Origin: Eledone cirrhosa
Lineage: Eukaryota
Length of the DNA: 64,000 nucleotides
Direction of reading: 5' to 3'
Assembly (NCBI GenBank): GCA_964016885.1
Contig: OZ024741.1
Location: 195,672,001 to 195,736,000 of the forward strand
Each line of letters opens with the position of its first letter. Position 1 is the stretch's first letter. This document shows, piece by piece, positions 52,201-64,000 of this stretch. The notes below the pieces were generated by a model that was not told the DNA's origin, did no database searches, and saw only the letters and a program-made list of their open reading frames with translations. Both the position numbers and the translations under genes were made by a program.

Positions 52201-55200
52201 TATATGATACTAGTGATCATATTAACTATCATTTCTTCACAGATATGACATTAGTCATCATATTAACTATCATATCTTCACAGATATTATGACATTAGTC
52301 ATCATATTAACTATCATATTCACAGATATGACACTAGTCATCATATTAACTATCATTTCTTCACAGATATGACATTAGTCATCATATTAACTATCATTTC
52401 TTCACAGATATGACGTTAGTCATCATATTAACTATCATATCTTCACAGATATGACATTAGTCATCATATTAACTATCATTTCTTCATAGATATGACATTA
52501 GTCATCATAATAACTATCATACCTTCACAGATATGACATAAGTAATCATATTAACTATCATATCTTCACAGATATGACACTAGTCATCATATTAACCATC
52601 ATGTCTTCACAGATATGACATTAGTCATCATATTAACTATCATTTCTTCACAGATATGACACTAGTCATCATATTAACTATCATTTCTTCATGGATATGA
52701 CACTAGTCATATTAACTATCATATCCTCACAGATATGATATTAGTCATCATATAAACTATCATATCCTCACAGATATGACAATCGTCATCATATAAACTA
52801 TCATATCTTCACAGATATGACATGAGTCATCATATTAACTATCATTTCTTCATAGATATGACATTAGTCATCATATTAACTATCATATCTTCACAGATAT
52901 GACACTTGTCATCATATTAACTATCACTTCTTCATGGATATGACATTAGTCATCATATTGACTATCATTTCTTTACAGATATGACACTAGTCATCATATT
53001 AACTATCATTTCTTCACAGATATGACATTAGTCATCATATTAACTATCATTTCTTCACAGATATGACATTAGTCATCATATTAACTATCATTTCTTCATA
53101 GATATGACATTAGTCATCATATTAACTATCATACCTTCACAGATATGACATTAGTCATCATATTAACTATCATATCTTCACAGATATGACACTAGTCATC
53201 ATATTAACTATCATTTCTTCACATATATGACATTAGTCATCATATTAACTATCGTATCTCACAGATATGACATTAGTCATCATATTAACTATCATACCTT
53301 CACAGATATGACATTAGTAATCATATTAACTATCATTTTTTCATAGATATGACACTAGTCATCATATTAACTAACATTTCTTCACAGATATGACGCTAGT
53401 CATCATATTAACTATCATATTCACAGATATGACACTAGTCATCATATTAACTCTCATTTCTTCATAGATATGACATTAGTCATCATATTAACTATCATAC
53501 CTTCACAGATATGACATTAGTCATCATATTAACTATCATATCTTCACAGATATGACATTAATCATCATATAAACTATCATATCTTCACAGATATGACACT
53601 AGTCATCATATTAACTAACATTTCTTCACAGATATGACATTAGTCATCATATTAATTATCATATTCACTGATATGACACTAGTCATCATATTAACTATCA
53701 TATTCACAGATATGACACTAGTCATCATATTAACTATCATTTCTTCATGGATATGACATTAGTCATCATATTAACTATCATATCTTCACAGATATGACAT
53801 TAGTCATCACTTAAACTATCATTTCTCCACAGATATGACATTAGTCATCATATTAGCTATCATTTCTTCACAGATATGACATGAGTCATCATATTAACTA
53901 TCATACCTTCACAGATGTGACATTAGTCATCATATTAACTATCATTTCGTCACAGATATGAGATTAGTCATCATCTTAACTATCATTTCTTCACATATAT
54001 GACATGAGTCATCATATTAACTATCAAATCTTACAGATATGACACTAGTCATCATATTAATTATCATATCTTTACATATATGATACTAGTGATCATATTA
54101 ACTATCATTTATTCACAGATATGACATTAGTCATCATATTAACTATCATATCTTCACAGATATTATGACATTAGTCATCATATTAACTATCATATTCACA
54201 GATATGACACTAGTCATCATATTAACTATCATTTCTTCACAGATATGACATTAGTCATCATATTAACTATCATTTCTTCATAGATATGACATTAGTCATC
54301 ATATTAACTATCATTTCTTCATAGATATGACATTAGTCATCATATTAACTATCATACCTTCACAGATATAACATTAGTAATCATATTAACTATCATATCT
54401 TCACAGATATGACACTAGTCATCATATTAACCATCATATCTTCACAGATATGACATTAGTCATCATATTAACTATCATATCTTCACAGATATGACATTAG
54501 TCATCATATTAACTATCATTTCTTCACAGATATGACATTAGTCATCATATTAACTATCATTTCTTCACATATATGACACTAGTCATCATATTAACTATCA
54601 TTTCATCACAGAAATGACACTAGTCATCATATTAACTATCATTTCTTCACAGATATGACACTAGTCATCATATTAACTATCATTTCTTCATGGATATGAC
54701 ACTAGTCATATTAACTATCATATCCTCACCGATATGACATTAGTCATCATATAAACTATCATATCTTCACAGATATGACATGAGTCATCATATTAACTAT
54801 CATTTCTTCATAGATATGACATTAGTCATCATATTAACTATCATTTCTTCACAGATATGACACTAGTCATCATATTAACTATCATTTCTTCACAGATATG
54901 ACATTAGTCATCATATTAACTATCATTTCTTCACAGATATGACATTAGTCATCATATTAACTATCATTTCTTCATAGATATGACATTAGTCTTCCTATTA
55001 ACTATCATATCTTACAGATATGAAACTAGTCATCATATTAATTATCATATCTTTACATATATGATACTAGTCATCATATTAACTATCATTTCTTCACAGA
55101 TATGACATTAGTCATCATATTAACTATCATATCTTCACAGATATTATGACATTAGTCATCATATTAACTATCATATTCACAGATATGACACTAGTCATCA

Positions 55201-58200
55201 TATTAACTATCATTTCTTCACAGATATGACATTAGTCATCATATTAACTATCATTTCTTCACAGATATGACATTAGTCATCATATTAACTATCATATCTT
55301 CACAGATATGACATTAGTCATCATATTAACTATCATTTCTTCATAGATATGACATTAGTCATCATATTAACTATCATACCTTCACAGATATGACATTAGT
55401 AATCATATTAACTATCATGTCTTCACAGATATGACACAAGTCATCATATTAACCATATATATCTTCACAGATATGACATTAGTCATCATATTAACTATCA
55501 TATCTTCACAGATATGACATTAGTCATCATATTAACTATCATATCTTCACAGATATGACATTAGTAATCATATTAACTATCATGTCTTCACAGATATGAC
55601 ACAAGTCATCATATTAACCATATATATCTTCACAGATATGACATTAGTCATCATATTAACTATCATATCTTCACAGATATGACATTAGTCATCATATTAA
55701 CTATCATATCTTCACAGATATGACATTAATCATCATATAAACTATCATATCTTCACAGATATGACATTAGTCATAATATTAGCTATCATTTCTTCACAGA
55801 TATGACATTAGTCATCATATTAACTATCATTTCTTCACAGATATGACACTAGTCATCATATTAACTATCATTTCTTCATGGATATGACACTAGTCATATT
55901 AACTATCATATCCTCACAGATATGATATTAGTCATCATATAAACTATCATATCCTCACAGATATGACATTAGTCATCATATAAACTATCATATCTTCACA
56001 GATATGACATGAGTCATCATATTAACTGTCATATCTTCACAGATATGACACTTGTCATCATATTAACTATCACTTCTTCATGGATATGACATTAGTCATC
56101 ATATTAACTATCATTTCTTCACAGATATGACACTAGTCATCATATTAACTATCATTTCTTCACAGATATGACATTAGTCATCATATTAACTATCATTTCT
56201 TCACAGATATGACATTAGTCATCATATTAACTATCATTTCTTCATAGATATGACATTAGTCATCATATTAACTATCATATCTTCACACATATGACATTAG
56301 TCATCATATAAACTATCATATCTTCACAGATATGGCACTAGTCATCATATTAACTATCATTTCTTCACAGATATGACACTAGTCATCATATTAACTATCA
56401 TATTTACAGATATAACCCATGTCATCATATTAACTATAATTTCTTCATGGATATGACATTAGTCATCATATTAACTACCATTTCCTCACAGATATTATGA
56501 CATTAGTCATCATATAAACTATCATATCTTCACAGATATGACATTAGTCATCATATTAACTATCATTTCTTCACAGATATGACAGTAGTCATCATATAAA
56601 CTATCATATCTTCACAGATATGACACTAGTCATCATATTAACTATCATATCTTCACACCTATGACATTAGTCATCATATAAATTATCATATCTTCACAGA
56701 TATGACATTAGTCATCATATTAACTATCATTTCTTCACAGATATGACATTAGTCATCATATTAACTATCATATTCACAGATATGACACTAGTCATCATAT
56801 TAACTATCATATTCACAGATATGACACTAGTCATCATATTAACTATCATTTCTTCATGGATATGACATTAGTCATGATATTAACTATCATATCTTCACAG
56901 ATATGACATTAGTCATCACTTAAACTATCATTTCTCCACAGATATGACATTAGTCATCATATTAGCTATCATTTCTTCACAGATATGACATGAGTCATCA
57001 TATTAACTATCATACCTTCACAGATGTGACATTAGTCATCATATTAACTATCATTTCTTCACAGATATGAGATTAGTCATCATCTTAACTATCATTTCTT
57101 CACATATATGACATGAGTCATCATATTAACTATCAAATCTTACAGATATGACACTAGTCATCATATTAATTATCATATCTTTACATATATGATACTAGTG
57201 ATCATATTAACTATCATTTATTCACAGATATGACATTAGTCATCATATTATCTATCATATCTTCACAGATATTATGACATTAGTCATCATATTAACTATC
57301 ATATTCACAGATATGACACTAGTCATCATATTAACTATCATTTATTCACAGATATGACATTAGTCATCATATTAACTATCATTTCTTCACAGATATGACA
57401 TTAGTCATCATATTAACTATCATATCTTCACAGATATGATATTAGTCATCATATTAACTATCATTTCTTCATAGATATGACATTAGTCATCATATTAACT
57501 ATCATACCTTCACAGATATAACATTAGTAATCATATTAACTATCATATCTTCACAGATATGACACTAGTCATCATATTAACCATCATATCTTCACAGATG
57601 ACATTAGTCATCATATTAACTATCATATCTTCACAGATATGACATTAGTCATCATATTAGCTATCATTTCTTCACAGATATGACATTAGTCATCATATTA
57701 ACTATCATTTCTTCACAGATATGACATTAGTCATCATATTAACTATCATATCTTCACAGATATGACATTAGTCATCATATAAACTATCATATCTTCACAG
57801 ATATGACACTAGTCATCATATTAACTAACATTTCTTCACAGATATGACATTAGTCATCATATTAACTATCATATTCACAGATATGACACTAGTCATCATA
57901 TTAACTATCATATTCACAGATATGACACTAGTCATCATATTAACAATCATTTCTTCATGGATATGACATTAGTCATCATATTAACTATCATATCTTCACA
58001 GATATGACATTAGTCATCACTTAAACTATCATTTCTCCACAGATATGACATTAGTCATCATATTAGCTATCATTTCTTCACAGATATGACATGAGTCATC
58101 ATATTAACTATCATACCTTCACAGATGTGACATTAGTCATCATATTAACTATCATTTCTTCACAGATATGAGATTAGTCATCATCTTAACTATCATTTCT

Positions 58201-61200
58201 TCACATATATGACATGAGTCATCATATTAACTATCAAATCTTACAGATATGACACTAGTCATCATATTAATTATCATATCTTTACATATATGATACTAGT
58301 GATCATATTAACTATCATTTATTCACAGATATGACATTAGTCATCATATTAACTATCATATCTTCACAGATATTATGACATTAGTCATCATATTAACTAT
58401 CATATTCACAGATATGACACTAGTCATCATATTAACTATCATTTCTTCACAGATATGACATTAGTCATCATATTAACTATCATTTCTTCACAGATATGAC
58501 ATTAGTCATCATATTAACTATCATATCTTCACAGATATGACATTAGTCATAATATTAACTATCATTTCTTCATAGATATGACATTAGTCATCATATTAAC
58601 TATCATACCTTCACAGATATAACATTAGTAATCATATTAACTATCATATCTTCACAGATATGACACTAGTCATCATATTAACCATCATATCTTCACAGAT
58701 ATGACATTAGTCATCATATTAACTATCATATCTTCACAGATATGACATTAGTCATCATATTAGCTATCATTTCTTCACAGATATGACATTAGTCATCATA
58801 TTAACTATCATTTCTTCACATATATGACACTAGTCATCATATTAACTATCATTCCTTCACAGAAATGACACTAGTCATCATTTTAACTATCATTTCTCCA
58901 CAGATATGACATTAGTCATCATATTAACTATCATTTCTTCACAGATATGACACTAGTCATCATATTAACTATCATTTCTTCAAAGATATGACATTAGTCA
59001 TCATATTAACTATCATTTCTTCACAGATATGACATTAGTCTTCATATTAACTATCATATCTTACAGATATGACACTAGTCATCATATTAATTATCATATC
59101 TTTACATATATGATGCTAGTCATCATATTAACTATCATTTCTTCACAGATATGACATTAGTCATCATATTAACTATCATATCTTCACAGATATTATGACA
59201 TTAGTCATCATATTAACTATCATATTCACAGATATGACACTAGTCATCATATTAACTATCATATTCACAGATATGACACTAGTCATCATATTAACTATCA
59301 TTTCTTCACAGATATGACATTAGTCATCATATTAACTATCATTTCTTCACAGATATGACATTAGTCATCATATTAACTATCATATCTTCACAGATATGAC
59401 ATTAATCATCATATTAACTATCATTTCTTCATATATATGACATTAGTCATCATATTAACTATCATACCTTCACAGATATGACATTAGTAATCATATTAAC
59501 TATCATATCTTCACAGATATGACACTAGTCATCATATTAACCATCATATCTTCACAGATATGACATTAGTCATCATATTAACTATCATATCTTCAAAGAT
59601 ATGACATTAGTCATCATATTAACTATCATATCTTTACAGATATGACATTGATCATCATATAAACTATCATATCTTCACAGATATGACATTAGTCATAATA
59701 TTCGCTATCATTTCTTCACAGATATGACATTAGTCCTCATATTAACTATCATTTCTTCACATATATGACACTAGTCATCATATTAACTATCATTTCTTAA
59801 CAGAAATGACACTAGTCATCATTTTAACTATCATTTCTCCACAGATATGACATTAGTCATCATATTAACTATCATTTCTTCACAGATATGACACTAGTCA
59901 TCATATTAACTATCATTTCTTCATGGATATGACACTAGTCATATTAACTATCATATCCTCACCGATATGACATTAGTCATCATATAAACTATCATATCTT
60001 CACAGATATGACATGAGTCATCATATTAACTATCATTTCTTCATAGATATGACATTAGTCATCATATTAACTATCATTTCTTCACAGATATGACACTAGT
60101 CATCATATTAACTATCATTTCTTCACAGATATGACATTAGTCATCATATTAACTATCATTTCTTCACAGATATGACATTAGTCATCATATTAACTATCAT
60201 TTCTTCATAGATATGACATTAGTCTTCCTATTAACTATCATATCTTACAGATATGAAACTAGTCATCATATTAATTATCATATCTTTACATATATGATAC
60301 TAGTCATCATATTAACTATCATTTCTTCACAGATATGACATTAGTCATCATATTAACTATCATATCTTCACAGATATTATGACATTAGTCATCATATTAA
60401 CTATCATATTCACAGATATGACACTAGTCATCATATTAACTATCATTTCTTCACAGATATGACATTAGTCATCATATTAACTATCATTTCTTCACAGATA
60501 TGACATTAGTCATCATATTAACTATCATATCTTCACAGATATGACATTAGTCATCATATTAACTATCATTTCTTCATAGATATGACATTAGTCATCATAT
60601 TAACTATCATACCTTCACAGATATGACATTAGTAATCATATTAACTATCATGTCTTCACAGATATGACACAAGTCATCATATTAACCATATATATCTTCA
60701 CAGATATGACATTAGTCATCATATTAACTATCATATCTTCACAGATATGACATTAGTCATCATATTAACTATCATATCTTCACAGATATGACATTAATCA
60801 TCATATAAACTATCATATCTTCACAGATATGACATTAGTCATAATATTAGCTATCATTTCTTCACAGATATGACATTAGTCATCATATTAACTATCATTT
60901 CTTCACAGATATGACACTAGTCATCATATTAACTATCATTTCTTCATGGATATGACACTAGTCATATTAACTATCATATCCTCACAGATATGATATTAGT
61001 CATCATATAAACTATCATATCCTCACAGATATGACATTAGTCATCATATAAACTATCATATCTTCACAGATATGACATGAGTCATCATATTAACTATCAT
61101 TTCTTCATAGATATGACATTAGTCATCATATTAACTGTCATATCTTCACAGATATGACACTTGTCATCATATTAACTATCACTTCTTCATGGATATGACA

Positions 61201-62610
61201 TTAGTCATCATATTAACTATCATTTCTTCACAGATATGACACTAGTCATCATATTAACTATCATTTCTTCACAGATATGACATTAGTCATCATATTAACT
61301 ATCATTTCTTCACAGATATGACATTAGTCATCATATTAACTATCATTTCTTCATAGATATGACATTAGTCATCATATTAACTATCATATCTTCACACATA
61401 TGACATTAGTCATCATATAAACTATCATATCTTCACAGATATGGCACTAGTCATCATATTAACTATCATTTCTTCACAGATATGACACTAGTCATCATAT
61501 TAACTATCATATTTACAGATATAACCCATGTCATCATATTAACTATAATTTCTTCATGGATATGACATTAGTCATCATATTAACTACCATTTCCTCACAG
61601 ATATTATGACATTAGTCATCATATAAACTATCATATCTTCACAGATATGACATTAGTCATCATATTAACTATCATTTCTTCACAGATATGACATTAGTCA
61701 TCATATAAACTATCATATCTTCACAGATATGACACTAGTCATCATATTAACTATCATATCTTCACACCTATGACATTAGTCATCATATAAATTATCATAT
61801 CTTCACAGATATGACATTAGTCATCATATTAACTATCATTTCTTCACAGATATGACATTAGTCATCATATAAACTATCATATCTTCACAGATATGACACT
61901 AGTCATCATATTAACTATCATTTCTTCACAGATATGACATTAGTCATCATATAAACTATCATATCTTCACAGATATGACATTAGTCATCATATTAAGCAT
62001 CATATCTTCACAGATATTACATTAGTCATCATATAAACTATCATATCTTCACAGATATGACATTAGTCATCATATTAACTATCATACCTTCACAGATATG
62101 ACATTAATCATCATATTAACTATCATTTCTTCACAGATATGACATTAGTCATCATATTAACTATCATTTCTTCATAGATATGACATTAGTCATCATATTA
62201 ACTATCATATCTTCACAGATATGATATTAGTCATCATATTAACTATCATATCTTCACAGATATTATGACATTAATCATCATGTAAACTATCATTTCTTCA
62301 CAGATATGACATTAGTCATCATATTAACTATCATTTCTTCATAGATATGACATTAGTCATCATATTAACTATCATATCTTCACAGATATTATGACATTAG
62401 TCATCATATTAACTATAATATCTTCACAGATATTATGACATTCGTCATCATATTAACTATCATATCTTCACAGATATTATGACATTAGTCATCATATTAA
62501 CTATAATATCTTCACAGATATTATGACATTAGTCATCATATTAACTATCATATCTTCACTGATATTATGACATTAGTCATATTAACTATCATTTCTTCAC
62601 AGATATTGTA
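34240..62610 (+). repeat. ~28.4-kb tandem satellite with a 41-bp consensus unit (~690 copies), intronic in galectin
   Basis: Consensus ATATGACA(T/C)TAGTCATCATATTAACTATCAT(T/A)TCTTCACAG; period 41 (e.g. 34329 to 34370), with 38-, 39-, 40- and 44-bp variants. Copy number estimated as length/41. Confidence 0.98.
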
Positions 62611-63813
62611 TTAGTAATCTTTTTAATTGATTTGTGTTTTATAGCAAGCCTCATTACAAACCAAGATATTATATGTCACCCATTTCTAGTTTCTCTATGG
62701 TCTGGTAAATAGAGTAACATTGGTCTGAAGCTGAATACTTGACTGGCTTCCAGTCATCATTCCAGGGAGGTGGGTGTGTTGTATATATTTGAGTATGTGG
62801 GTGGAAGTGGGGGTAAGCAAACTCAAGGGCTGCTCTAGGTGGTACACTCTCTAGCTATGTTACTATTTCTAGATTAGAAATGTTGTGTAATAACCCATTC
62901 ATTAACTCCTAAAATTCTGTACGACACAAAACCACATAAGTAAGACATTCTTAAAAATTAAAGTCTTTAGTTTACTACAAATTTTCACAACAATCTGTCC
63001 ACTTGCAAAGTTACCATAAACATTTGAATTGACAAAGCCATTTCTTTCAGATATTTCCTGTTAAATCATTGCAGTGTTAAATTAAGTGTTAATCATATAT
63101 TACTCCTACTCCTTATGCTGATCAGCTCTACCTGCCTTCTACGGTACTGATTTAAAAGCAGCACAAATTAAGTTTGTTTATGATGGACACACACAGTGAA
63201 AGCAATAATATATGAACAGTTGATCATATAACTGGTAGTTGTATATTTTATTGACATGACTTGCTGCTGGAGTTCATGATTTCTTGATTATCTCAGTTCA
63301 ACTATTCGACAAAGGGGTTTCACTTATACTCCCATGTTGAGTAACTTTTCTTGGGAAGTATGTTCTGTCTAAATAATTATTCTAATAACTCAGGCATATA
63401 ATTAGTTTTACAGAATCATCCAATTTATTCATTCTAATAGTGAAAATTAAATCTAAACTGTTTTTTTTTTGTTCGTCTAAAAAGGCTCTGACTGTTTCCT
63501 TTTCATTCTAGTCATCGTGGATACCTCTTGTGTCCTAGGTCCCCCAACTGCTATTTTCCTCTGCAATATCTTGAATAGTGCATCCACCTGAGGAAGGAAC
63601 CCTGTGAGGTGGAGTGGCTGATGCAATAGATGTGGCTGGCTGTTCTTCATGGCTTTTGCTATTTTGTCTGCAGGACACAGCTATTTTTTTTTTTTCTTAA
63701 TATGCAAATGTTGATGAGTTGTGAATTTCTTTCTTTCATTTTAAAATAAAAATGAAGAGATTGGCCATCTTTAAAAATCAGGTTTGTCATAAATATTTAA
63801 ACTATCATTTTAG

Positions 63814-64000
63814 GTTCTCCATTAATTTCTCTTCATCACCACATTCTGAGCCTCTCCCAGATACTATTTTGCATATTGATTTTCGTTTTGATGACAACTG
63901 CATTGTACGCAATTCACTTCATTGGGATGAATGGGGTTCAGAAGAGCGAAAAGGACATTTCCCTCTGAGGAATGGAGAACTTTTTGAAGCAGTTGTATTG
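63814..64000 (+). CDS. Galectin, third coding exon (sugar-binding exon), runs off the window
   Basis: Acceptor CTATCATTTTAG|G completes AG+G (Arg). Reads FSINF...LHIDFRF...CIVRNS...WGSEER...FP...GELFE, with the galectin signature H-x-(N/D)-x-R, V-x-N, W-G-x-E-x-R. Open to the window end. Confidence 0.95.

Noticed and set aside
34240-62610. Satellite as a CRISPR array or coding repeat (ORF 38656-38859)
   Set aside because: There are no unique spacers or cas genes and the context is eukaryotic. The 41-bp period shifts frame and hits TGA every few units.

Overview
Eukaryotic, AT-rich, repeat-dense DNA. The SINE/LINE repertoire suggests a cephalopod, probably octopus-like (inference). The only host gene I can support is a + strand galectin, missed by the ORF track, assembled from three coding exons: join(24248..24295, 33164..33252, 63814..>64000), giving MFQKPRCQESVVVNNP|CIPYVGEIPGGLQCGSLITLQGQTAHHHRR|FSINFSSSPHSEPLPDTILHIDFRFDDNCIVRNSLHWDEWGSEERKGHFPLRNGELFEAVVL. 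Its 30,561-bp second coding intron is almost filled by a ~28.4-kb satellite of roughly 690 copies of a 41-bp unit. In the transcribed orientation each unit ends in a canonical-looking 3' splice site, resembles the gene's real downstream acceptor, and in one copy reads as a recursive-splice-type CAG|GTATGA. The array has higher-order structure, including an 8,575-bp tandem duplication. The first 34 kb is mostly transposon debris: RTE LINEs, CRE/R2-group elements, Penelope-like elements carrying U3-A8 variant hammerhead ribozymes, two tRNA-derived SINE families, an LTR integrase relic, Helitron ends and several inverted duplications. All alignments and counts were done by eye.
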